Source of the DNA: Amphiscolops sp. MND2022
Taxonomy: Eukaryota
DNA length: 64,000 bases
Direction: 5' to 3'
Assembly: GCA_964187785.1 (NCBI GenBank)
Contig: OZ076409.1
Span: forward strand, 91,266,001 to 91,330,000
Positions within the stretch are counted from its first letter, which is position 1. Each line of letters begins with the position of its first letter. This document shows, in pieces, positions 12,310-24,291 of the stretch. The notes below the pieces were generated by a model. The model saw nothing but the letters and a program-made list of their open reading frames with translations. It did not search any database and had not been told where the DNA came from. The translations under genes were made by a program, and so were the position numbers.

Positions 12310-12884
12310 CTAAATAACAAGGTTCGAACCTGGGTGTGAGGTTTTTTTCCATGGATTTTTATAACAAAGGGCAACTAGGGAACATAAGAGACAACCCATA
12401 CAGAATGAAGGGGTTGTCATCATACCAACTGTAGCTCGTTTGCTAGGCGATATCATCACCATAGCTAGAATGTAAGAAAGAGTAATCACTGAATTATGGA
12501 AGAACCCACAGATGAATCTGACTCCAATGAATTGATAAAAATCTTGGACGAATGTTAAAGCCAGAGTTATGACGAAGTGAATAAATGCCATGGATAAAGG
12601 TACTCTTCGTCTGCCGATTTTATTGGACAAGAGACATACTATGAAACAACTGATCAAAAATGACAACCAGAAGGACGAATTGGCCAAGGAAGTTCGAGTA
12701 CGGATCCCAGCCAACTGAAAGGAAAGGAACTTCCAGGGATACATAGACGGAAATGACAGAAGGCCAACCGCAATAAGCATAAACAATTAGGCTGCCCAGT
12801 AAACCCAATAAAAAAACAAAACCAGTATTGGAAGGATTCAAAGCCTCCGACAAGGTTCAAAGTTTCGTCAAACTTGTTTGCCAT
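12310..12884 (-). pseudogene. SLC22/organic cation transporter-like MFS fragment, intronless and frameshifted
   Basis: N-terminus FDETLNLVGGFESFQY resembles SLC22 FDDxLxxxGxFGxFQ. MFS motif LSNKIGRRR, also RFICG and ISPSKRA. The frame is broken and the sequence truncated. Confidence 0.7.
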
Positions 12885-15659
12885 TTGACTTCAAGCAAGT
12901 AAAAACAGTTGCAGAATCAGTGAATAAAGTTAAGCACACTATGAAAATCATAAATTATGAATCACACATAAACTCTAGTTCATGAAAAAAATGAATCCAA
13001 ACCTCTTTCACATATCTTTGAAGCAGAATTTTTGCTTACTTCGTGTTTGAGGCCAGGGGGGCTAATTAGAAGGAAAGGTCCCTGATTTCCAAGTTCGCTC
13101 ATAAAGATTTGAAGACCGCCGTTTAATCTGAGTAGCCCCATGTTTTGGACCTACCAGACAGTTCTGTCAAAACAAACAAAGGTTCGCAAAAATAGAAATC
13201 GAATTTTTCTTGTTGGAGGAGCACATCTTACTCATTACAAGACCTGCCGTATTTGATGACGAAAACAATCACGATAAGTGAATGAAGAGGATCCCGTGTA
13301 GAAAAGAGGAATTTCAACAAATTTCCCTAATAGCTTCATCCTGCATTTGAAGCTTCTCATTCCTGCTTATAATCTTAAAAATATTAATCTTTATATTAAA
13401 GAAATCAAGAAGAAATCAATATATTAAAACATGGAATAGGATTGGGGGCCAATTCATTCGATGACGAGCCGTATAATAATACAATGTACTATTTTGTTCA
13501 ATTTGCAAAACTTTCGAAGAAAATTCATTGAAAATTAGTTCAAATACAAATTTCAGTTTTTGGATTATGCGAAATTACTTAAGGTTGTTTCAAATGCCCC
13601 TGTCACATTCCAGAGTCTGATTGATGAAGAATCTTATTTGTTCATATGTGAACAATCATATAGTTCCTAACATTATAGCCCCTGATACTTTTTCTAGGTC
13701 CGCCCCAAAGACTCTCAAAACATTTTCGGAGAGATATTGTGGTTTTATCAGAAAATCGAAAAGTTAGCTATTACTTTCAAGGAAAACTCAATGGCAATAA
13801 CTTAGTTTGTTATAAATATTAGTTACATGGCTCCCAAGTTTGCGTTTCGACTGGAATAATTTTGCATTGAATACTTCATACAATATGAAAATTTTCAAAA
13901 AGATTTTTCGTGGCATAAATAGGGTTCACCGCGTGAAAATTATTAATACTAATATTATAAAAATTATTATAAAATTGATCCCAGTGTTCGAGGCCATGGA
14001 ACACTTGCCATGATCATAGTTAATCTTGCTAAATAATGGTTAACGTCAAATAACGTCCAGAATTTGAAAAGAAAAAAATTCTGTTAATGACCAATTAAGT
14101 TAATTTTTTCGTGGATTTTTAGTTCGTGCTTTATTTGTTTTCCTTTTTAAATTTTTTGTTTCTTTCTGGTGCTAGTTTTCCTGTAATTTGTACAAAATAA
14201 AAAACAATAATGATGGTAATAATAGGAAAAATAATAGTAATAATAGAAGTTAGATAGAAACTTTGTTCACTTTTTTTTCTTGTGAATTCACGCAGTCCTA
14301 ATAAGAAGTTCAGCAGCTTCCTGTTTTAAGTCACAAAAAACAGTTGCTACGAACATGATTAGAGTCAAATTGCGTGAAAAATGTTTTGTTCAAAAAAAGT
14401 GTTCTACTAGACGTTAACTTCCTGTTATGGAAAAAGAAGTTACTTTTATTTAGGCCAATATGAAATTTTCAAGGACATTCACTATCAAAAATTATGGTGG
14501 TGAGGGAAAACAGAAAAGAGCCAAAGAATGTTTTGCGGAAATTGTACTGAGTTTATTTATTCTTGTTGCTACGCAACAAAGTATTTTTTGAATGAGGGTG
14601 TTTTTGTAGACTCCAAAAAATGACAGTGACTCATTGCCAGTGACTCAATCCTACAAATCAGCACATGTTCATCACATTCATCATCTCGAAGGAACTACTG
14701 AGCTATCTAGCGTTAATATTAAGCTTAATGGGGCTAGAAGAGTTTAAGGGGAGAGGCTAAAAGAGTTAAGGGGAGAGGCTAGACGAGTGTGAGGGAAGAG
14801 GCGAAAAAGGCCGCTTAAGCTTGTCCTCTCTCCTGATTGGATGTAATCTTAAGATACAATTTCAAATACAATTCAAAATACAATTTCAACTTAAAAAATT
14901 TAAAAAATAATTTCAGCTTTTCTAAAACATTTCGAGTTGAAATTGTTTACAAGTAATCCAACCGAATTAGCTTTCCTTGTTCTTTTTCCTTTTCCCCCGC
15001 ACGCAGTGAACACCCTTTTTTAACCTAATGAAATATGTTCAATTGTAACTTTTATTTCACATTTTTAAAATTAACAGCACTGTAATTCGCTGGCGTTGCA
15101 TAAATTTGCGTAAATTGTAACCATTTTGGCAACATTTTCTAACATTTCCGTAGTGTTTTATCATGTGTGTGTGTGGGGGGGGAGTAAAAAGTTCCCTTTC
15201 CTTTCCTTTCGAAGAACAATATTTGGAGAAGGATTTTTAATTTATAGAGAACACTTTGTTCATTAAATGATAGAAACTGGATCGAGTATAAAGTAACATG
15301 CTTCAAATTCTTAAAGTGACGGCTTTACTACATACCACCGTGTGATCCGTGTACGTAATTAGTATGAAGTGTAACATGCAATGTATTACACAGTGCAAAG
15401 TGAAAATTTGATGAATTGAAATAGCACCGCCAAGGCTTACCTTCCACTGTATTACAGGAATGGGTGGGGTGGTAGGTAGTAAAGCCAAAAACAAAAGAAT
15501 TTGGTGCCAAAAAATTGAATTGCACAGAAATGTTGGCCTTATAGAGGCATTTTGATCATGTAAAAAAATATTTTCGGGCTTGCTCTTAGTTGTTTCGAAG
15601 AGAAAGCTTTGATACAAAAAAACTCTTACCTCGTTTATTTGAGATTTAAAGTATCATTA

Positions 15660-15735
15660 CCAGAAGGAAGAATTGAGAAGGAAGAATTGACAGGGAAGAA
15701 TTGACAAGAAGGAATTGACAGGGTAGAACTGACGA
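15660..15735. repeat. Tandem 13-16-bp GAAGAATTGACAG repeat
   Basis: About 5 degenerate copies. Confidence 0.8.
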
Positions 15736-15974
15736 TTAGGTGACAAATAACATAAGAGCAAATAACATAAAAACAAAATTACTTTCAAATAACATAAAAA
15801 TGAAATTAGTGGGAATTCACCAGAATTTGGGAATTCACCAGTTCGACTGTATGTATAACTTGGAAGGTAGGGATTCCACTGGAGATTCAAATTGATCAAA
15901 CAACAATTATGTACCAAATTTGGGCATTCAATCCAAACTGTACAAGTAATTTGTGATTTCTACTTGTGAAATGG

Positions 15975-16157
15975 AATAGCATGTAAGTTGCTAAATTCGT
16001 TGTCCAATCAGAATTCAGATTGCCTTTGAATGAATTCTTTCTTCTTAAAACTCGTTTGGTTATACGAAATAGCATGTGAGTTGCTAAATTCGTTGTCCAA
16101 TCAGAATTCAGATTGCCTTTGAATTCTTTCTTCTTAAAGCTCGTTTGGTTATACGAA
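15975..16157. repeat. Tandem duplication of about 90 bp
   Basis: AATAGCATGT(A/G)AGTTGCTAAATTCGTTGTCCAATCAG...TTGGTTATACGAA occurs twice in tandem. Confidence 0.9.
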
Positions 16158-16871
16158 TGGCTACCTCATCACACTTGTACACGCAAACACGCGTACACAT
16201 ACATCTGTACATGTACATACATGTGCTTGCTTATCATTGCACGAATACAGTGACTGAACGCTATGAACTTGTTACAGTAACTACAAGGTAGTATTCTATG
16301 GTGATCAGCTTCTATCAACTTCTATAGTTGATAGAGTAAAATCAACTTCTATAGTAAAATCACAAAACTTGTATTCTGTGAATTCCCATTCGGTATGTTA
16401 TTTGGTACCTAATCAGTCGAACTTCACTTTCATGTACCCTCATTATAAAAGGTAAAACTCGTTATTGTTAATCAATTTGAATCAGTTTAAATCTCCGCCT
16501 TTCCAAGTTCTATATAAAACCGTCTTCCTATATAACGTAAACTTCGAATTAGTCGTCCTTCTGTATAATGTAACCTTCGAATTACCGTTTTCTTCTTATT
16601 TTTCCGGATTAGGTATATGATAAAGAAGTTCGACTGTGTTTTATTTATAGTCCACACGAATCTGAATCTTGCTGAATCTTCCCTTCTGGACGAACATCCT
16701 ATTTTGTAAAGTTAGTTTTTCTTTCCTCCTTCCTCACATCTCCGCTTAGTGTAAAATTGATTTCAAAGGAGATATTTTCTTGTTTCGTATATATATAAAT
16801 TATATGATAGTATAATAATAGAATAATAAAAAATAATAAAATAAAGAAGGAATCGTTCATAACCGAAGTGT

Positions 16872-19800
16872 TCACAACGCGTTTTTGTTCTGTCGTCGAA
16901 ATACGACAGTGGCAAACAATATTTTATTGTATATTCTTTTGACTTCTTGATCTGTGAGTTTGATTCCGACTTCTTCCGTCCTCCGTCGTATTTGAAGTTC
17001 GGATACAGTGGCCCGGGCATGTTTGAACAGAAGGCATGCCTTCTTCTGCTCTTCCTTCCATTCCGGGAGACCACTTCTTGATCGGAAGTTCGTCAGTGAG
17101 GCAAGATATTTAGCCACGGCGTTATCTTGTTCTGATTTGCTGAAAGAACAAATTGTACTTATTATTGTAGTTCAAAACGAAATATTTTTTCTCTAGACTT
17201 TGCATTGGAAGATAATTTAAATGATTCTAAGAAATTGGCCTGTTTTCCTAATTTTCACAAAGTATCAACAAGAATATTAACCTCGCCCTGGAGTCGTTAG
17301 AATCTAGAGAATCACGTAGCTGTCGATTGACTGTTCTTGGCTTGGGGGGCTGTGAGGTGTAGGTAGATAGGCCGCCCGGCATGTCAACAAGTGGCTCTGC
17401 ATGATTAACTGACTGGGTAGATGACCCGGGTTGGCACAAAGATGGACGAGATTGGAGCGAGTCTCGAATCATGTTGAACCGCGTCACAGCTGGCGGTTTT
17501 TCCATGGGGGTTGGGGGCGCACTTGGTTCACTCTGTTGGGGAGCTTCCAAATCCGAGTAATCCTCTATGTGAGGTGACACCACGGACTCCGTCTCCGAAT
17601 TATCTTCTTCGTTATTGCACTGCTCGAGTCTTTTACTGTATATATCCAAAAGAAATCGTCTTTCTTCTCTTGTTCCATTCTTGGATAAATATTTTTCTCG
17701 GGCTGTTTTCTCACTATGAGCCATTTGGGCAAAATGGGCTCTAGTCACCCCTGTAACATCAAACTTTGTCTGAATTTTTGTAGTACCAGTTTTTGAGAAG
17801 AGTTTGGAAAATGTTTCAATTCACGCACTATAAAATTCCGTCGTTCGTTTCGGTCAAAATAGTGGAAGCCTCATTTATTAATTAATAATAATATTCTTAA
17901 ATAATGATAATTTCAATAAATAATAATTTGGAAATACGTACCTTCACTCACTGTGGGCTTGATCTTCCTTGACCACATGCGCTCCCAGAACTTCCTGATA
18001 GAATTTGAGTTAAATCTAACTTCCTCTGGGCTGTCATTGAACAAAGCCTTGAAAACTTCTTGGATGCATCTTGATATTGTGTTTTCAACTTTGTTCACTG
18101 AAGAAGCGAAAATGAGTTTGGAATCGCATCCGAATTCCTCCATATATTTCGCCCGCATGGCCCTCATGAAGTGTCTTTGATCTTCCTGAATGAAGATATG
18201 GACAGTGTAGAATTTTCCCGTCTTGTGCTTGTTGGTAGTCAGCTCCTCGTTAGTTTCTACAATTCTGTCGAATTCCTCCCAGGTCAAATTTAAGATCGGC
18301 CCAGACCTGAAAATTTTGTTATACCTTATATTGTTATAACTTATAATTGAAAAATTATAACTGGAAACCTTATAACGTTTAAGAATGGTTCACTTGGAAT
18401 TGTTTTTGTTCTTCAGAACGAATTTTTGGATAGAAGGCTAGGTATTAAATATTAAGAATTTTGCCTAAAGTTTTGGAGTTTTAATTTTCAATCTGCGACT
18501 GTTTTTAATCTTGAAAGCCAACCTTGTATTAATCCTTGCTTGAAGGAGGAAGAAATTGAGCGCCTTCTGGGTTTTATAGTCCAAATGATTGGACGACAGG
18601 TTGGAGGTTAATATTTCAAGGGTGCTTCTATATCTGTCCCGAACTGTTTGGCTTGATGGTACCCTCTCCATCATCGAATCTGCCACTTTTCTTGAATTTT
18701 CACTTGCGGCAGGACTGAAGGCCTTGCGGGCATCTGAGATGGCCGAATACATTCTCTCCTGCTCATTGCTAAGAGAGTTCGTTTCCTTAGCAAGATAGCA
18801 ATATTTAACGAACAAAAGAAATGTCTGCAGGTAATTCATCATGGTTTGTGGCTTTAAATTGCGCGATTGTTGAAAATCACGACAGGCTTTGATGAGTAGC
18901 TCTGGTTTCTTTAAGCCGTATGTGGCGTTGTAAAGTTGAGCCATCATCTTCACATTACCATGTCGATCCTGACTCCATTTTTTGTCTTCTCCGCCACATT
19001 TTGCCAAATCAGTTTTGTAATCAACAAATCGTTGGGCAATTTCCAGTTCTCTATCTGTTGGCAGCACCAATGACTTGATAGCCATTTTAATTTCTTTCGG
19101 CAAAGAGCTGCGAGACCAGTGCATATCGACTTTGACCACAGACTCGCTCGAGCATTTCAAGGTATACTTGTGATTGTCAACTGAAGCGAATCGTCTGAAG
19201 CACTTGGTGCAGTCATATATCGTCTTTAATTTGTGGGCATTTCTTGTTCGAGAGAAATCTTTGATGAACTGTTGCTGTTCTTTGTTGAGCACATCTGAAT
19301 GTTTGAGGATGTGTCTATCCATGCGATTGACAATCGAATGGCACACAAGGCACTCGACTCGGGCGTCAGTTTTTACTTTCTTCTCTCGTTTCCTTTTTTG
19401 GGCATGGCCCTCTTCCTTATCAGATGAGTCACTTGAATTCATCTGAGGCACGTCATAGTTCCTCGTTTCTGGAAGTTCATCGTCATAGTTCCTCATCTCT
19501 GTAAGTTCATCGTCATAGTTCCTCGTTTCTGGAAGTTCATCGTCATAGTTCCTCATCTCTGTAAGTTCATCGTCATAGTTCCTCATTTCTGGAAGTTCAT
19601 CGTCATAGTTCCTCATCTCTGTAAGTTCATCGTCAACTTGCTGTTCCCCACGAACCGGGTCCAGTTCATCATCGGAATTCAACTGAGACATGTTAATGGA
19701 GATGGTTGATTCTGAACTAGCTGGTGACAATTGGAACCGCTTCGCTTGTAACGTGAACTGTACAGGGCTGGCTGAAAGAAACATAGGCCGTTTTAAATAT

Positions 19801-21650
19801 GTTTTCCTTTTAATAATATATAATTTTTTATATTTAAATATGTTTCATTTCAACTCTGTATTGTTACTAATTCATTAGAGCTGAAATTTGATAATTTTAT
19901 CTCAAACGTTGGCTCTAATGAAATAGTAACAATATTGTCGTTCGTATTGTTTTCGTATTATATCGTCTTACAGTTGTCTTTCGTAAATGATGTTTTTCAA
20001 GCTTGCTAAGGTTTGAAACAGTATTTCAACCCTATTTTAACTTCATGTTGTAACTTTTTTCGTTACGATAGAATTTGTCGAAACAAAAGATAGAAACAAA
20101 CTGCGAAGTTGTTATTCGGTTGAACTGAGCCAGATAAAAAATAAAATCGCTATCCGTGGAAAACAAATTTGACCAACCGTGAAAGTGTGGCGGCTGAAGT
20201 TCTTCACTCATTGGTCTTTTATCAGGTGACTCTTCCAGACCAACATGTTCAATGATTGACCTATCATTGCAATTCTGGCACTTGCACTCCCCGATTTGGA
20301 AGTAGTCGTCTGCGTAAGAAACTGTCACCTCTTCCCCAACTTCTAGGGGACGATTGGTTTTAATTCTCACAATGGTAAAATTTTTCTCGCCATTGCAAAC
20401 GAACCTTGAACAAAACAACCTCTATAACAACAAAAACTGTTTTTCCTTTGAGGGGCAATTTTCCAGAAGAATTTCTTCATTTTAGGTTTTGAGAATCTAT
20501 GAGAATCATTTTTGAGAATTTTTTAAATCTATGAGAAAGAAAGCATTTTTTGACCTAACAATCCCCCTCCCTTCTGGAAATTGAAATATTGCAAACAAAA
20601 CGAACAAACATTGCAAAAAAACAGGAATTTAGTGAATTTTGAGTGAAGTATCTGTAATTTTTTAAAAAAGAGAGGCAGGATTATTGAACTGCTTTGAGAA
20701 ACGTACCGGCAATTTGGTTGACAGCTATGATTGATGAACCTCGCGGGGCCCAGCATCAACCTCTCATATTTTGAATTTCTCCTGAAAACGGAGAATTCCA
20801 TTCCTTCACTTAACACACCAAGCTCCACATTGGCAGTGTAACCGTGCAAGCCTTCAATTGTTTGGTCACCCTTGAAGGCCTCGATCGTGAAAACTCCCAT
20901 CTGCGTGAACTTTTTATCAGTGCCAAACGCGGCTGTGGGCATGTACGTCACTTGCTTCATGCTCTCGATGTAAGACCTTCGAACAATGAAGATTTTTCAA
21001 AATTTGGCCTTTTACTTTTTGAAATATATCTAACTTTTTTTGTTTTTATACGGTTCATTTCGGATGCTAAAAGAGAGTTTAGGTTGATTTTTTTTACATT
21101 TAACAGTAAAGATTACTTACTTGTAAACAAGTTCATACAGTTGTTGATTTCTGAGGTCATCGCTCAAGTACTCTGAGAAGTTGGGGTGAACGCAAAGCTT
21201 GTGCGTCTTGACCTCCTTTGAGTCAATCAAAGTTGATGTCACCTGGGCATCAACGAAGTCAAGTTTTTCCCAGGAGATAAATCTCCTTCTCGCTGGGGCA
21301 ATCGCCTTGGCGAAGTCTGCTTGCACTCTGGGTTTTGACTTTTCAGGGGACTTGGTCGCCAGGTTTGTGTCACGTGGCCTTTTACTAAGTCTTTTCGGAT
21401 CTTTTGCTCTGTTTTCACTGTTTGTAATTTTTTCCTTGTTGGCACTGTCGAAACTAATTACACTGGTCGCTGGCTCTACTGTTGTGGTCGCTTGTTCCAC
21501 TGTCGTTGTCGCTGTTTCCACTGTTGTGGTCTCTGGTTCCACTGCTGTGGTCGGTGGTTCCACTGCTGTGGTCTCTTGTTCCACTGCTGTTGTCACTGGT
21601 TTCTGGGGCTCCGGCGAAGAAACAATTCTTTTTCTCAGTTGACGAGGCAT
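16872..21650 (-). CDS. Predicted 7-exon, 1125-aa SUV4-20-like SET domain / tyrosine recombinase fusion protein
   Basis: Exons 21650-21121, 20976-20707, 20404-20178, 19771-18523, 18306-17942, 17750-17282 and 17139-16872 total 3378 nt. All introns are GT..AG, with phases 2,2,1,2,1,2, and there is no internal stop in the joined frames. The exon 3-4 join (GTTGGT donor) is the least certain. Confidence 0.75.
17680..18900 (-). CDS. Tyrosine recombinase domain split by two introns
   Basis: After splicing: INT-R-SGPILNLTWEEF, H-K-TG, NSI-R-K and QMA-H-SEKTAREK-Y, giving the R..K..R..H..Y catalytic order. Upstream is a core-binding-like helix, LKPQTMMNYLQTFLLFVKY. Confidence 0.85.
19449..19635 (-). 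repeat. Coding minisatellite, 30-bp unit (DDEL[T/P]E[M/T]RNY), 6 copies
   Basis: Near-perfect tandem copies alternating between two variants, in frame. Confidence 0.95.
20178..21250 (-). CDS. SET domain, SUV4-20 (KMT5B/C, Set9)-like, with post-SET cysteines
   Basis: DAQVTSTLIDSKEVKTHK resembles the SUV420 N-flank DDLATSLVLD..FQTHK. FSVFRRNSKYERLMLGPARFINHSCQPNCR and RPLEVGEEVTVSYADDYF..CKCQNC follow. Confidence 0.88.
21470..21598 (-). repeat. Coding minisatellite, 21-bp unit (TT[A/T]VExx), 6 copies
   Basis: In-frame tandem repeat in exon 1. Confidence 0.9.
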
Positions 21651-23189
21651 TTGATATCAAGCAGGTTTTGTTTAGTTTTAGGCAACTGGATTGTAAGAGA
21701 AGGTAAATTGGAATGAATTGCAGCTTTATTACAGAACTTCGAGTTTAGAATTAATTATCACAGCGTGAACCGACCTGGATCTGATAATTACTTTCTCAGA
21801 TTACCAGACGGTGCTGTTCCGGAAACAAGCCATCGTTACCTACTTTCTCAAATTAACAAGACGGTGCTGTTCCGGAAACAAGCTGTTGTCACCTAATCAA
21901 ACCACTGATGATCAACTTTTTCAATCACTTATTTTGTCATTGATAATTATGATAATTATCAATGACAAAGTAAATATAATTATCAATGACAAAATAAATA
22001 ATGAAGGAAAAATTCCTCTTCCACTGATTGCTTTTTCTTGTGAACCCAGACTCTTAGTCTCAGAGAAAGCTAACTTTAATTAAAATGGTCTTAACTCAAG
22101 GCTTCGTATTTTACTTCCAGTTTCTCAAGCTTTGAAATGTCCAAGGATCCCCAACAATTTCCAAAATAGTTTAATGAATAAATTTTTAAAGTTATGAAAT
22201 TATATTCAAGAAGGGGGATGTCAAACGAAGAATATTACCTGGTTTGTTGGAACAATTAACTTAGTTTCAAAATGGAGCGGTGCAGAAGTCCCATTAAGGA
22301 GTCCTACATGATGCAGATTTTTTAAAACCACTTTTGCACCTATTAGTCAATTTCCCTAAAGCTGGGGGATCTTATCACTTTTCGCCCACTCTTTCATGTA
22401 TTTTTTAAACTTTCTGTTTGAAAAATTCATACAATTTTGGTAAAAATTCGGTGCTTCTTCATAAAAAAATCTTGCATGTGTATTTCCATCGAACTCGTTT
22501 CTAACTAATTAGCAAATAAAATCTGATTTACCGAGGCATTTCATATCAGTCAATAGAGCATTCAACAACTATGCGAGACGTCCTGGGTTCGAATGCGAGC
22601 ATTGGTTTTGTTTTTTTTTTCAAAACGAACTGTATTAGCTGATATCGAGAATAACGAGCTTTCTATATTATCAATGAAATATTCTATATTATTGAGTAGA
22701 ACTTTCTTTTTGGCATTATTCTCACACAATTTCCGACTATTTGTCATGTGGGGAAGTTAGGGCGGGAATGTTCCAGAATGAAATAAAAAGAAATTCAATT
22801 CAATTATTAAATACATTTGTCTATAACAATTCATTTCTTTCATCCATAATTCTTTTTTTACCAACCGCACTTCCCCAATCAGGAATTAGGCCTATTTCGT
22901 CTTCTTCTTCTTCTTCTTCTTCTTCTTCTTTTTCCTCTAACTCAATTACAATGCGTTATTAGGCAATCTCAAAATTGAAATAAAAAATAGTCGGAAAGAA
23001 TTTCTAATTTTTTTCAAGAAGTAATTGGGGGCTTCCCACGAAGCAGAATGTTAAATAAGCCGAAAAAACGAAAGTATTCACTAAGCCCAAAAATACGCAG
23101 CAATGAATAATTCTCTGTAATCTGATTGGCTGACAGGGGCGGACCGGAACGAAGTCCGTCCAAAGATTTTTAAAAAATGAATTTTTCAA

Positions 23190-23244
23190 TTTCCGCTAGT
23201 CAGCTATGTTCACATACTCCTAGTGCCCTAAATGCAGGAGCGAA
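23190..23244 (-). repeat. Partial copy of the short repeat module seen at 5040-5086 and 5765-5810
   Basis: The reverse complement reads TTCGCTCCTGCATTTAGGGCACTAGGAGTATGTGAACATAGCTGACTA. Confidence 0.85.
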
Positions 23245-23325
23245 TGAAAAAAATAATCAATTTACCTAATCACTGAAATCGGATTATATTCCAATTATGA
23301 AACAGTTAATCAATTGAATAAATGA

Positions 23326-23405
23326 GGATGATGGCTTGGTGGTTAAGTCTGTTGGTTGTTCTTCAATCTTCGCAACTGAGGATCAATTCTCAGACTGGAC
23401 GGGTC
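23326..23405 (+). other. Degenerate tRNA-like/SINE-head segment, copy 1
   Basis: A-box-like TGGCTTGGTGGTTAAG and a degenerate B box GGATCAATTCTC. Similar to 24538-24620. Confidence 0.4.
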
Positions 23406-24164
23406 TTGTGTATGAATTTGAGGTGATGATGATCAACTCAAGTTCATAGTGTTCGCTTTTAAGAAAGAGGGACATCTTTATGTAATTTTTTAATTAAAAA
23501 AACTTTAGGATAAACAAATGTTAGCAGGGGTTGGCAACATTGTATCAATAAATAATAAATTAAAAATAAATATTTTTTAGATTACCAAGTATTGAATTAT
23601 TGAAATTATTTAAAATGAAATCAATGGTTTAAAAATTCAAATAAAATCTGTTGCAGTCTTGACATTCCAATATTTTTTATTGAACTGGAAGAATCTCTGC
23701 GCTTCTAAATTGATTGGAGATGTCTTCTTTTTATGCTCCGCTTTATCCTTTATGCCAGGATAAGCAATTATTGGGATACGCAATTGACTAAAGAACAATC
23801 TTCAGATCTTAAATTTATTTTCATGTATTATTTTTTATCGAAATAAAAGCTTCGAATTTTGTGTTCTTTTTAATTTGTGATTATGTAAGTTCATTCAATT
23901 TATGATCACCATGAGGGGTGTGCATATTTGTATTTCAACTTATTAGGGGTTATATATAAATCAATAATTTTACGTGCGACCTCAATTAATAAGTTATTGA
24001 AAAAGTCTCATAAAGTGAAAACATAGATTTACTTCTGATTTCTATATTTCACTTTTTGGAAATTTGGTCGTTTTTTGATGAAAAATATTTTACTGAACAA
24101 AAAGTTCGTTTCGCTCGTGGAAAACCAAAAAGGGAAGGTGGCACAGTGGCCGAGGCTCCGGATC

Positions 24165-24291
24165 CAGGGGCTCCGAAAAACTAATTTCTCATCGAAATTA
24201 TTTTGATAAATTATTTACTTTTTTGATTTTCCATAAAAATTATTTATTTTTGGAGTGCCATATTATGGCCATTATTTTTTCGGAGCCCCTG
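24165..24291. mobile_element. 127-bp MITE with 8-bp TSD (hAT-like)
   Basis: TIR CAGGGGCTCCGAAAAA / TTTTTCGGAGCCCCTG. Flanks are TCCGGATC and TTCGGATC. Confidence 0.8.

Noticed and set aside
19449..19635. 30-bp repeat array as a possible CRISPR
   Set aside because: Units are contiguous with no unique spacers, lie in frame within a eukaryotic exon, and no cas genes are present.
21000..21066. Extra micro-exon inside SET intron 1 (ttttag acceptor at ~21067)
   Set aside because: It hits an in-frame TAG. The direct 21121-to-20976 splice keeps the frame, although an alternative cannot be excluded.
16872..21650. DIRS/Ngaro retrotransposon or bacterial/phage integrase contamination as the source of the YR
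   Set aside because: No linked RT/RNase H or split repeats are present, and the gene has spliceosomal introns within a eukaryotic repeat context.
21199..21716. Plus-strand Val- or Cys-rich ORFs
   Set aside because: These are antisense shadows of the 21-bp coding repeat.
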